Positions 41,298-53,222 of a DNA stretch of 64,000 nt are shown in pieces. Source of the stretch: Candidatus Latescibacterota bacterium (GTDB lineage Bacteria > Krumholzibacteriota > Krumholzibacteriia > WVZY01). Position numbers and translations under genes: made by a program. The stretch spans positions 314,142-378,141 of the forward strand of contig CAWBQK010000017.1 of NCBI GenBank assembly GCA_963791045.1, read 5' to 3'. The notes beneath the pieces are model-generated. The model had not been told where the DNA came from. It worked only from the letters and a program-made list of their open reading frames with translations, and searched no databases. Position 1 is the first letter of the stretch; each line of letters opens with the position of its first letter.

Positions 41298-42289
41298 TGA
41301 CACCGGCTTCGACCATGCACAAACAGTGCGGGGCAGTCACAAATCGGATATATTGTCTCGTCCTCCTATTCAGGGTCGACTTTGCTCGCACTAATTCTCA
41401 ACGCCCATCCGCAGATTGGCACCATAAGCGAATTCACGATGATGGGAAACATTGCACGGGATCCGGAGTTTAAATGCTCGTGCGGGTCGAGGATTCGTGA
41501 GTGCCCGTTTTTTACGGCGCTTCGCGACGAAGTCGTTTCTCAAGGAATCCCTTTTGAAATCGATAACATGGACATGGTTCTCGGAATACCACTCCGACCG
41601 GCGATTCAACGCCCTCCTTACCGAAAAGATTCCGCGTTTTCACTCAACCATCCTTGAACACGCGCGGGACGCCTTGCTCTCAATATTGCCGCCTTTTCGC
41701 GGAGAAATATCCAGAATTTATGCCCGCAACGAAGTGTTCATAAATGCGATCCTCAAACTTCAGAATGCGTCCGTATTCATCGATGCGAACAAGAGCCCGT
41801 ACAGGATGCTATTCTTAAACAAACGTTTCGACGTCAAACCTTTGTATCTCTACAAAAACGGCATCGCCGGCGTTAATTCCTTTCTCAAAGTGGCAAGGCG
41901 TCATAAAGCCGGCATGACGATCGAAGCCGCCACGCGACGCTGGTTCCACGAACAGATAACGATTTCGAGGTGTTTAACACGTGTTGGGCACAAACAACTA
42001 TATGCAAATCGCCTACTCGGACCTATGCGCGGATACCGAGGGAACGATAAACGCGATTTGCCGGTTTCTCGATCTCGAACCTGTTTCGTTGAGTGATTTT
42101 GCGGGAGCGCCGCACCACGTGATCGGCAACGCTATGCGGCTGGGTGATTTCTCTGAAATTCGGGAGAGAACGGATTGGAAGGAGAAGCTCACCGAAGCAG
42201 AGATCGAAACCTACAAGAATGAGTGCGGGAAATACATGCCCCGGCTGAGAGCCTTGAACCCCGAGGTGGCCGACCATGTTTGGCGCTGA
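41298..42289 (+). CDS. Sulfotransferase family protein (about 3 frameshifts)
   Basis: PAPS-binding 5'PSB motif SSSYSGSTLL..ILNAHP, CSCG...CPFF, IDANK, YSDLCAD...ICRFLDL and HHVIGNAMR, spread across ORFs 41382.., 41452.. and 41981... Confidence 0.78.
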
Positions 42290-42326
42290 CGGTCTTGCGA
42301 GCGGCGCCTGACCACGTCCGTGGCGA

Positions 42327-43007
42327 CTATTCCAGTTCGTCGATTCCCTGTTTTTCGACGTTGATCAGGCGGATGAACTCCATAAGCATGAACATCACAA
42401 ATAGTATCGAGAAAAACACTTCCCCGATCTCTTCTTCCTGCCCCGTTACCCAATCACGCATTGCCCACGCGGAGATCAAAAATCCCGGCGCAAGGGCTAT
42501 TGACGGCACGACGAGTCTCAGCTTTTGAAATAAGCGCCTAAAACGGGGATCGTGAAAAAGAATCGGAAACACAAACCCAAAAAAGAAAAGCACCTGCGAG
42601 GCGACAAATTTTGTTTTGAATTCAAAACGCCGCTGTAGGACGTTATGAATGTTTATTTCTTTCTGGTCGCTGCGTTCCATAAAATATTCAGGCGACTCGA
42701 TCCCAATAACGCGCTGTCCCCAGCTGATTTCTTCTAAGGCGAACAGCCCACATGCCACCCCGAACAACAAAAAGAAAACAAAGAACGGAAGCCCCTTCTG
42801 CAGCCGTCTTCCCGCTATGACGAGCGACATGACGCCGGCCGTAAACAACGCAAAATAGGTCGTCCATTCTACGAACTGGTCTTCCAGGGTCATGAACATG
42901 TAATACTCCGGATCCACCTTGTAGATCAGGACTACCACCAGGGTCAGAATGGGAATAACAAACGTTGCCGCAATGACGAGGCGTTTATAGAGTCTTTCCG
43001 TAGTCAT
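42327..43007 (-). CDS. Membrane protein with EEISWGQR motif, function unknown
   Basis: About 6 TM segments with polar motifs EDQFVE, EEISWGQR, QKEINIHN and EEIGE. Confidence 0.75.
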   Translation of the reverse strand: MTTERLYKRLVIAATFVIPILTLVVVLIYKVDPEYYMFMTLEDQFVEWTTYFALFTAGVMSLVIAGRRLQKGLPFFVFFLLFGVACGLFALEEISWGQRVIGIESPEYFMERSDQKEINIHNVLQRRFEFKTKFVASQVLFFFGFVFPILFHDPRFRRLFQKLRLVVPSIALAPGFLISAWAMRDWVTGQEEEIGEVFFSILFVMFMLMEFIRLINVEKQGIDELE

Positions 43008-43035
43008 AACCTACATCCCATCGTTGCTTGACAAA

Positions 43036-44274
43036 CTAGTCGCCGAGTAGTTCCGAATAAAGTCCAATCAAGTCCTCGGTGAATCTCTCATACGTGAGAT
43101 ACTCACGAACCCATTTTGCGCCCGCCTCGGACATACGGCGGCGGCTCTCCCCGTCTTCCAGCAAAGAGGTTATCGCGTCGGAGAGACCCTTTACATCGTC
43201 CGGTTCAACCAGGAGGCCCGTTTCTCCATCCTTCACGTACTCCGCCGTTCCGCCGGTTTTTGTTGAAATCACCGGGACACCGTGTGCCATGGCCTCAATC
43301 GGCGGGTTTCCCGACGGCTCGTTCCATATCGACGGAAACACCAGAAGGTCCGCCGCAATGTACTCCGCGGGCAGGTCGCCGTGCGGGATGTTTCCGCGGA
43401 AAGTCACACGGTTTCTGATTTCCTCAGGGAGTCTTTTCTCGAGTGCCACAACGTAGTTTTCCTCAAAGTACGGTTTGAGGGAGAGCACCCTCGTATCGTC
43501 CGTCAGCCCGAGAACGAATTCAATCGGGGTCGAGCCCTTCGGCCCGATGATGTCGAGTGTGAGATCGGAATACTTTTTGCCGATAATCTCGAAGGCTTCG
43601 ATGAGCACATGAATTCCCTTTTCCGGGGATACGCGCCCGACATATATAATTTTGCGTGGGTTCCCACTCGATTTTTCCGGTGGAGCGTTTGCCGGCATTG
43701 CCCTGCCGTTATGAATCGTCCTGCAACGATCCGCGTACTTGGGAAACGCGTTCCGGATTGTGTCCGTGATGAAATCACTACACCCGACTATCGCGTCCAT
43801 CACCTCCAGCCGAGGTTCAATAATCCTCGGATCCAGTTGCGTCAACCACTCGCAGCTCATCCGCAGCACGATCTTCGCACGTGGGTTGGCCGCACGTAGA
43901 ACCGGCGCGAATTGCGAGAAATTGAAAATCTGAATGATATCCGCGCCCTGGCGCGCCGTCTCCTCCGCGACCTTCGAGATATACTCAGCATAGTAATGTT
44001 TTGAAGAAAAGAACGGGCGATTGCGCGGTCGAAACCGGTCAAACCACGATGCGATAGAAGCCCAACGGCGGTCACGGCCCACGTCCACGCGACGGTAGGA
44101 CACGCCTTCTGTGACCTCATGTTCCGCCTGGTTCGGGGCCCTTTTTGAGTAGATCGTTACGTCGTGACTGGGGACAATCCGTCGCGCCGCTTCATAGGAG
44201 AGAATGGCGATAGAACCGATATCCACTGGGGGGGCGATCCGGTTCCACGGCTGACTGACAAATGCGATTTTCAC
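43036..44274 (-). CDS. Glycosyltransferase family 4
   Basis: YVGRVSPEKG and PSIWNEPSGNPPIEAMAHG. Confidence 0.92.
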   Translation of the reverse strand: MKIAFVSQPWNRIAPPVDIGSIAILSYEAARRIVPSHDVTIYSKRAPNQAEHEVTEGVSYRRVDVGRDRRWASIASWFDRFRPRNRPFFSSKHYYAEYISKVAEETARQGADIIQIFNFSQFAPVLRAANPRAKIVLRMSCEWLTQLDPRIIEPRLEVMDAIVGCSDFITDTIRNAFPKYADRCRTIHNGRAMPANAPPEKSSGNPRKIIYVGRVSPEKGIHVLIEAFEIIGKKYSDLTLDIIGPKGSTPIEFVLGLTDDTRVLSLKPYFEENYVVALEKRLPEEIRNRVTFRGNIPHGDLPAEYIAADLLVFPSIWNEPSGNPPIEAMAHGVPVISTKTGGTAEYVKDGETGLLVEPDDVKGLSDAITSLLEDGESRRRMSEAGAKWVREYLTYERFTEDLIGLYSELLGD

Positions 44275-44295
44275 GTAGTATTTCTCGTCGCGTGT

Positions 44296-47200
44296 CTACC
44301 GCACGATGACCATTTTCCTGGTCTGTACGGCGCCGGGTGTTTGTACGCGGTAAAAATATACGCCGCTCGCCAGGGGCGCCCCGCGTTGGTCGCGTCCCTC
44401 GAATACGAATCTGTTCCACCCGATCGGTGCGTTGGATATTCTTTTTTGGAACACACGGCGGCCCTTCACATCGAACACCTCGATATCGACATCGGAGGCC
44501 TGCGGCAATCCGTATTCGAACGACGTCTGATACCCAAACGGGTTCGGACTATTCTGACGGATTGTCAATGCTTTGACAATAGACATTGGCCGGATACCGG
44601 TACCGACGTCGAAGTTGGCCGTAATCGTCGAATCACTGACAATGACGAGTGTGTCGGGATTTTCTTCTCCGCTCAAGCCGTCCGACCAGTCGACAAAATA
44701 CCACGACGAATCGGGAACGGCTGTGACAATGACGGTGTCACCGTACGTATAGGTCGCCTGATCCGGTACGACCTCGACGGAACCCCCGCCCGATGTGTTC
44801 AGCGTGAGCGTGTAATCCTCGAGTGGGCCGAGCGGCGTGATGATCACGTCGCCAAAGGTCGCGATGGCGCGGTGTGCGATCAAGAGCATCGAGCCGTTGT
44901 AGGTCGGCATGTCCGTAGCGTAAGATCCCACGTCTCGGGTTCGGGCGTGCCGGCTTCCCAGAATCTCGTGCTCACACGGCTCATTCCCCCACCGAGTTCC
45001 TGCGACCGCGTCCGCATCATATAGCGCGTGTCATAGGAAACAGTAGGATTCGTGCTCACCTTCACCCCACCGGGATTCTGGAGATACAACGTCGGCGCCG
45101 GCGGTTCCTCCTGTAGACCCTTGATCCAGGAGATCGTCTGGAATGGCGCGTAGTGCCTGCGGCTGTGTCGGTATCCTGTGGCCCTGCCACCCGAGCGCCA
45201 ACCCACTCCCTTCGGGATCGTTGACCCAATTTCTGCGGCAATGCCATGTGATGGTCATCGGCAGTAGAATTTCATAGTTCGGGGTCCAGCGGTAATCCCC
45301 TATCGCAATCAGACGATCGTACCCCGTCGCGCTCGAGTCTATACGAACACCCTCGCCGGGCACCAGGTGCCATTTCCCGTCCACCACATGCGCCACGTCC
45401 GAAATCTGTGTGGCCGTTGAGAAGGTCGCCGTATACGGCTGGACCCACGTCACGCCATCGGCGAAATTGACCGTGACCGTGGTGTCGCGCTGTTCGCCAA
45501 TAACATCGATTGCCGTAATCACTACCTGGTTGGCGCCGGGGTTCAAATCGGCATATTCGATTTCAATATTGTAAGTCATTGTAACCGACGAGGCGCTTAT
45601 CAGCATCGACCCTGGGCGGTGAGCCCAGTGTCAAAGCGGAAGCGGGTCCGCCGTTGAGTGTGTAATAGAGCGTGTCGACTTCCTCCGTATCCCACACCCG
45701 TCCAAGAATATTCGCCATCTCTTGCGGGATTCCGTGCTGACCAAAATCCTGGGTGTCCCCGTACCACACTTCAACGACGGGCGGTGTTACCCAGTTTGCG
45801 TTGCCGCCGTCTTCGGGAGAGATCGCACTCGCGCTGTTGAAGAAGTAATCCACATTCCCGACAAACGGCGGCGAATCCCAGTAACGGTCACCACTTGCGT
45901 CGTTATAGAAAACGAGCCCTACTTGCGAGACATCAAGCGCCTGGTTGAAGGACACCGCGCTGTTCCACGAGGAGCCATTGTACGAGTAACGGAATTGCCA
46001 GTCGTCACCGCTCCGGACAACCTTGAGATACGGCGGACACTCCGTTACGGTGACTCTACCTTTTTCGACATCCGGCGAACCGTTGTTATAATATCCGGAA
46101 TAAAGTTCAATATTCGTGTCCGTAAAAATAATATCAAAACGCAAGAAGGTATCAATGTCATGCTGGACGAGGAAGCCGTGACCCTGGCGGGTCATTGATC
46201 CCTTCGAGTCGAATTTGGCTTCAATTTCAAAAGTATCTTTGTCCGCGACATTCTGCATGAGCCGCGGCGCAACGTTCCCCGAGTCCGAGATTTTATGTTT
46301 CAGCCCACCCGGTACGGACACCACCAGATTGGTCCCGCTCATCATCACCGTCGCATCGCCTATGGGATCCACCAGGTGCCAGACAGACGTGTCCAACTCG
46401 GTCGTATAAAAATCATCCGATACATGATGTCCCCATCGAATACAAATGTTGCCGTTACGGTGGTATCGCTCATCATGACGACCGTGTCCGGGTTTTCCGT
46501 TCCGGTCAAACCATCGGACCATCCCGTGAAAGACCATCCACCATTCGGAACGGCGGTGACAAAGACCGTATCGCCGTATACGTACGTCGGGTTGTCCGGC
46601 GATTTGATGATCTGCCCGCCGCCGACCACATTCGTGGTGAGCGTGTATTGGTTAGCAAGGAACGTTGCCGTTATCGTCGTATCGCTCGCGACAATAATGG
46701 TATCGGGGTTGTTCGAGCCGCTCAGCCCGTCCGACCATGAATCGAAGGACCACCCGATATCCGGCTCGGCCGTCACGATAACCGTGTCGCCGTACGCGTA
46801 TGTGGGTGCGTCGGGTGTCTTCACGACACTACCGTTCCCATTCACGTTTATCGTTATCACGTACTCGGACGGTGTAAATGTCGCCGTCACCGTGGTGTCA
46901 CTGCCCATCACGAGGGTATCCGGGTTCTCGGACCCGCTCAACCCATCCGACCACGAATCGAATACCCACCCAGGGTCAGGGACCGCGGTCACTACAACGG
47001 TATCGCCAAAGACATATGTCGCCTGATCCGGCGCCTTCTCCACGCTGCCATCTCCGACCGTGTTCAAGGTCAATGTGTATGCGATGGCCGTGAATGTCGC
47101 CGTCACGGCGGTATCGCCGGCGATTACGAGAGTGTCGGGGTTGTCGGAGCCGCTCAACCCATCGGACCACGAGTCAAACACCCACCCCGTGTCCGGAACC

Positions 47201-50200
47201 GCCGTGACGATCACCGAATCGCCGAAGTGGTAGGTGGCCTGGTCGGGGAAGGCGTTGATGCTTCCCTGGCCGATCGTGTTCTTTGTCAGGACATATTCTT
47301 CGTGAGAGAATGTTGCCGTCAGTGTCGTATCGTTTGTCATTACCAGCGTGTCGGGATTATCCCCGCCGGCAAGCGCGCCCAACCAGCTGTCGAACACCCA
47401 ACCCGTATCGGGCTCCGCTGTAACAATGATGGTGTCACCGTAGACATAGGTTGGATTGTCGGGGCTCTTCGAAACGGACCCGACCCCAACCGTCTCGAGA
47501 GTCAGCACGTATTGATCCAGCACGAAATCAGCCGTCACCGTTGTGTCGCTGACCACGACGAGCGTGTCCGGATTCTTCGAGCCCGCAAGACCCGCCGTCC
47601 AGCTGTCAAAACTCCATCCGGTATCCGGTTCCGCCGTGACAATAATAGTATCGCCATATAAATAAGTAGGCTGGTCAGGCAGCGCCTGAACCGACCCGTT
47701 CCCCGTCGTGCTCAATGTGATTGTGTACTCATCCGCGAGGAACTCCGCCGTAATCGACGTGTCCGCCATCATCACAATTGTGTCCGGGTTCTCCGTGCCG
47801 GTGAGCCCACCGCTCCAGGTGAAGAAAGTCCACCCTGGATCCGGAACGCCGGTGACGAGCACCGTATCCCCGGCGGTATAGACTGCCTTGTCAGGAACAA
47901 GCGTGATCGAGCCGTCTCCGATAACACCGGTTGTCAGCGTCAGGGCATTTTCGATAAATGTCGCCGTAACGGTCACACTTCCCGTCACCACAAATGTGTC
48001 GGGATTTTCGAATCCAGTCAGACCGTCCGACCAGGAGTCGAAGGCCCATCCCGGATCGGGAATCGCGTCCGCCACCACCGTGTCGCCGTACTCATAGGTC
48101 AACTTATCGGGAGTCAGTGCAATTTCCCCATCGCCGATCGTCTGTTTCGTGACCGTATAGGGCAAAGACACAAAGTCGGCGGTGACAGTGGTGTCGCTCA
48201 TCATGACAACGGTGTCGGGGTTTTGCGTACCGCCGAGGCCCTCCGACCATCCGTTGAAGGCCCAACCAATATCGGGAACCGCCGCGACGATGACCGAATC
48301 GCCATAGACGTATGTCGCCTGGTTTGGCGACTTGAGAACGCTTCCGTTTCCGTTTGCGCCTGCATTCAAAACATATTGATTTTGCGTAAAGTTTGCCGTG
48401 ATCAATGTATCCGACAGCATCACGACGGTGTCGGGATTCGCGCTGCCGCTCAGGCCATCCGACCAGGTGTCAAAACCCCATCCCGTGGCGGGTACCGCCG
48501 TCACGATTACCGTGTCACCATACACATAGGTCGGCTGGTCAGGAGAAAGCGCAACCGAACCCGATCCGGTGATATTGGCCGTAAGCGTGTAGTCGTCCAT
48601 CGCGAACCCGGCCGTGATCAGCGTGTCACTCGTGACGATCAGTGTGTCCGGGTTCTCAGATCCCGCGAGGCCCGTCGACCAGGCGTCAAACACCCATCCC
48701 GGGTCCGGCGTCGCGGTCGCGATTATCGTATCGCCATAAACGTAGGTCGTCTTGTCCGGCGCCAACAAAACCCCCCATTCCCCGTCACATCCGTCGTCAC
48801 CGTGAAAGGAAGCGCGACAAACCCGGCCGTGACCGTCGTATCGCTCAGCATCACGACGGTGTCCGGATTCTGGATACCGCCGAGTCCGTCCGACCATCCG
48901 TTGAACATCCAGCCAATATCCGGAATCGCCGCGACGATGACCGAATCTCCGTGAACATACGTCGCCTGGTTGGGAGATTTGAGAACACTGCCGCCCCCAT
49001 TCACGCCCGCCGTCAACACATATTGATTCTGTGTGAAATTCGCCGTGACCAGAGTGTCGCTTGCAACGATTATAGTATCGGGGTTGTCGGTCCCCGCAAG
49101 ACCATCGGACCACGAATCAAAGCTCCATCCGACATCGGGCAAGGCCGAGACCACCACGGTATCGCCAAACGCGTAATTCGGCTGATCCGGCGTCAGCGAC
49201 ACAGATCCATTTCCCGTCGTGCCGGTCGACACCACAAAGTCCGCCTGATCGAATGTCGCCGTAACCGTGGTGTCACTCAACATAACCACCGTGTCCGGAT
49301 TCGTCGTCCCCGTGATCCCATCCGACCAGCTGGTGAACACCCATCCAGGGTCGGGCACCGCCGTAACCAGAACGGTATCCCCGTAGATATAAGTCGGCTG
49401 TTCGGGGTCACGCGCAATCGCTCCCGAGCCGATATTGTTTGCTGTCAGCACATACTGGTCTTGCGTGAAATTCGCCGTGAGTGTCGTGTCGCTGAGAACG
49501 ACAAAGGTGTCGGGATTCTGCGATCCAGTAAGCACACCCGACCACGAGTCGAAAGACCAACCCGGATCGGGCGCCGCCGTGACAATGACAGAGTCGCCAT
49601 AAACGTACTCCGGTTTATCGGGTGAAAGCAGCAACGTCCCCGTGCCGGTCACACCGAAGGATACAGTGAACTCTTCGAGGAATACGGCGGTGATCGTGGT
49701 GTCGCTCGTCATTACTACCGTGTCGGGGTTCACGCTACCCGCGAGTCCATCCGCCCAACCCGAGAACACCCATCCCGGGTCCGGCGTCGCGGAGACGATC
49801 ACGGTATCGCCTTCGGCATAACTCGCCTCGTCCGGCGTCTTGATCAACGTGCCGGAGCCCGTCACATTGAGGGTCATCACGTGTGGCACGAGAGAAGGTA
49901 TCGGGGTCACACTCACATCGCCGAATGTCGCTTCCGAACGGTGGGCGATCAGAATGACCGATCCGTCCCGTGTGGGCATGTCCGCCGTGAGCGCCCAGTC
50001 CAGCGGCTCCGTTGTACCCGCTTCCCAAATTTTTGTACTCACCCGGCTCATGCCGGTCCCGAGCGACTGCGACCGTGTCCTCATCATGTACTCGACGTTC
50101 CCGACAATCGTCGGCGTCGTGCTTACCTTAACCACATCCGGGTTTTGCAAAAACAAAGTCGTACTGTCGGGGTAATTCTTTACCCAACTAATTGTCTGGA

Positions 50201-52251
50201 ACGGCGCATCCACGCGAGGCTGTTGCGTGCCCGTATTTCCCTGCCACCCAAGTCCGATGCCGACACCGGCGGGGCCACCGAGCGAACTCTGGTGGATGGT
50301 CATGGGGACGAGGACTTCGTAGTCGCTCAACCACGAGTAGTCGCCGATATCGACCAGTCTGTCGTACCCCGTCGCGCTCGAATCCACTCGCACGCCTTCA
50401 CCGGGAACGAGATACCATTTGCCGTCGACGACCTGCGCAACGTCCGAAATCTCACTAGCTGTGGTAAAAGATGCCGTGTACGGCAGGACCCATGTGACCC
50501 CATCGGTGTAATTCACCGTTACCGTCGTATCGCGGCGTTCTCCGAGCGTATCAATAGCCGTTATGACCACCTGGTTCGCGCCGGCGTTCAAATCGTCATA
50601 ATCGAGTTCTATGTTGTAATCCTGGACGCCCACGAGGCGCTTCCCGTCGGGTCCCAGTGTCAAGCCCGAAGCCGGTCCGCTGTTGAGGGTGTAATAGAGT
50701 GTGTCCACCTCTTCGGTGTCCCACACGCGTCCAAGTATGTTGGCCCAATTCTGAGGAATCCCGTTGTGGCCGAAGTCCTGGCTTGCTCCGTACCACACCT
50801 CGACAACAGGCGGTGTCTCCCAGCTCGCATTCCCTCCGTCTTCCGGAGAGATCGGGCTTGCCGTATTGAAGAAATAATCCACGTTTCCGGTAAACGCAGG
50901 CGTCAGCCAGAACTGATCCGAACTCGCCGTGTTGCTGAAGAAGAGCCCCAACATCCGACACGCCGAAGGCTTGCGAAAAACTTCCAGCACTTGTCCAGCT
51001 CGATCCATTATAAGAATACTCAAAGTCCCAGGTGTCGCCGGTGCGCCGGACCCGCAGATACGACGGTGTTCCACCGGTCAGCGACGTGTTGATCTTTGTC
51101 GCAGACGAAGCCCCATCCATGTAGGCGCTGTAGACGGAAACACCACTGGACGTGAATATGAGTTCAAAACGCAGGTAGGTGTCCGCATCCTGCTTGACCA
51201 TGATTCCCTGGCCGCTGTACGTTCGCGAGCCGCGTGAATCAAACTTGGCCTCGATCTCGAAATCGGTGTTGGCCGCTTTCTGGAGGATGTGAGGAGCGCC
51301 GATCCCTGTGGTCGAAGACAGGTTGTGTTTGGTGCCGCCCGGAACCGAAACCACGACATTGGTCCCGCTCGCGAGCAGCGTACCGTCGCCGACCGGGTCG
51401 ACAAACCGCCACAAATCAGTATCGAATTCGGTCGAATAGAAATCATCCGACTGGATGGTGCCCTCTTGCGCGAGCGCAAGCACTTCGCCGGCGCTAAGAC
51501 CTCTATCGTAGATGCGAACATCATCGAGGAGGCCATCCAACGCCTTCCCACCTCCACCGCTCACCGGCTGATTGCCCAAAGCAGCTCCGACGGAGGCATT
51601 CGTATCGATCGTTCCCGTTTTGTCTCCGATGGCGACCTGAACACCATTCTTGAAAATCCGCATCTTGCTGCCGTCGTATGTGGCCGCAATGTGATACCAC
51701 TGGCCGGGTACTACCTCCCCCGTTCCGCTGACGAGCGTCGTCGTCACTCCGCCCGTTTTGAGGCGAAACCTCAGGGTCGAAGAATTCAACGTACTCACCA
51801 TCCAGTAGTGATCCGATCCCGACGTGCCGCTCGCTTTGGAGATGAATCGTGTGTCTGTAACGCCAAAATCGTCGGCCTTGAACCAGAAGGCCAGGGTCAA
51901 ACCGTTTGTCGCCGGGACATCCATCGTACCGAGATCTACATAGTCATCGTCGCCATCGAACTCCAGGGCGCCGCCAAAATATCCGTCCACCGGGTGCCAT
52001 ACGGGGCCTCCGACAAGCGTGCCGTCTTCGCTGCCCGCCGCGTCAGGGGCGTTCGTACCCGTGGATTCGTCGAGCTTCCAGTGATTGATCGGATCTTGCG
52101 TGGCCAAGGATGGAGAGGGCTGCGCTGTGGCCGGGGACACAAAACCGCCACCCGCCGATGCCGTGAACGCAAAGACCAACAACACAAACAGCGGGATCGA
52201 CACATATCGTTCCCGTTTCTTGCGACCATTCATGTTTTTGTCATCAATCAT
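44296..52251 (-). CDS. Giant secreted protein 2 (~2,650 aa): LamG, duplicated concanavalin/DUF1349-like lectin-Ig module, 17 InlB-B-type repeats, T9SS type-A/FlgD-Ig C-terminal domain (at least 6 frameshifts)
   Basis: Joined ORFs 50596..52251, 48723..51074, 46360..49113, 45563..46537, 45031..45606, 44880..45206 and 44296..44931. Signal peptide, HWKLDE...WYHIAATYDG...DDVRIYDR (LamG), 72-aa repeats, and a CTD QNSPNPF...VFDVKGRRV...LASGVYFYRV...RKMVIVR. Confidence 0.82.
46445..49883 (-). repeat. 16 tandem ~216-nt coding repeats (72-aa InlB-B/bacterial repeat domains)
   Basis: Consensus Y.LT....G.GSV...PD...Y.YGDTV.VTA.PD.GW.FDSWSDGL.G..NPDT.V..SDTTVTA.F, counted 16 times in tandem; a 17th copy lies at ~44607-44820. 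Confidence 0.9.
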
Positions 52252-52675
52252 AGAGCATAGAGCAGAATACCCGGAATCAATGTAACCGGCCGGATGGTCG
52301 TGGCGCGTCCGACGTCTTATTGAAGCGCCGTGGAGTTCTCGCTCCCACGGCTGGAGATAGCGGCGATCGGGGCACTGTGTCGACGGAACTCCCCGTCAAG
52401 CGTAGCGCCTGAAACCGTAAAAAAAACGTTGGGAAAATAATCGATGAGGACGTCGCAGAACTGTTCCTGCGCCGAATCATCAACCCTCCCCAACTCGCTC
52501 TTCGGAATTAATTATACCGCAGATTCTTGCCAGTGTAAAGCGCCAAGTGTTAGACACTTATAGAACTCATGTGAATAGTTGCACGAATCCATTCCGGCTA
52601 ACTCCGTCGCAAATCAGTTGTTCAGGTTGGGCACGAGGCTAAAGGCTGGAACGCGAGGCCTGTGGAGAAACAAAG

Positions 52676-53005
52676 CTATTCACTTTTTTCGAGATCGGGG
52701 CGGCGCGAGACACGTTGAACCGCAAGCGCATGTCTGATGCTCCCAATAAACGCGCGCAGCACAACGCCGGCCACCAGAAGAATACCGAACGGGACTCCGA
52801 GGCGAACGAACCAGGGAAGCTCCGGGAACTTGCTGCTCATCAACCCGTAGCTTCGAAATACCCCCACCACCAGGAACAAGACAAGAAAACCCTGCACCGT
52901 GGCCGTCGCGAAGATCGAGGCCGCGTGCTCACGACGGCGTGTCGACGCTTTAGCGAATCTCGATGTAAATTTGGAAGTTCGAACCTGGCGCTGTTTGATA
53001 AACAT
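52676..53005 (-). CDS. Small 2-TM membrane protein, hypothetical
   Basis: Basic N-terminus, two hydrophobic segments, and it starts 4 nt after the upstream ORF ends. Confidence 0.6.
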   Translation of the reverse strand: MFIKQRQVRTSKFTSRFAKASTRRREHAASIFATATVQGFLVLFLVVGVFRSYGLMSSKFPELPWFVRLGVPFGILLVAGVVLRAFIGSIRHALAVQRVSRRPDLEKSE

Positions 53006-53009
53006 CGAA

Positions 53010-53222
53010 TTACTTTCGATCGCTTCCTACTTCTTCGTAGTCCGCGTCTTCAATTTCGTACGGGGTGTATTCGGAATAATCGGCATCGCGATTCTTGGGG
53101 TTCCGCTTCTTGCCTTCTGGCCGATTCTTTGGTTTGGACTTTCCTCCCACCTTGCGAATCAGCGGCTGGAACAAACGCACAACCATCATGATGATGAAGA
53201 TATTCAAGAGAAGACGAAGCAA
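53010..53222 (-). CDS. Small membrane-anchored protein with an acidic EDADYEEV tail (DUF4834-like)
   Basis: One N-terminal TM, a Lys/Arg-rich linker and C-terminal IEDADYEEV. Confidence 0.65.
   Translation of the reverse strand: MLRLLLNIFIIMMVVRLFQPLIRKVGGKSKPKNRPEGKKRNPKNRDADYSEYTPYEIEDADYEEVGSDRK

Noticed and set aside
46445-49883. Regularly spaced DNA repeats as a possible CRISPR array
   Set aside because: The ~216-nt period, degenerate third codon positions and continuous protein repeat show they are coding. There are no identical short repeats with unique spacers and no cas genes.
52260-52500. c-di-GMP riboswitch in the leader of giant protein 2 (other leaders also inspected)
   Set aside because: Hairpins are present, but I could not find the GEMM-I or class II consensus elements by eye.
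52517-52532. Sigma-54-like motif TGGCAAGAATCTGC upstream of giant protein 2
   Set aside because: The GG-GC spacing is 9, not the required 10. It would only be valid if a base is missing from the assembly.
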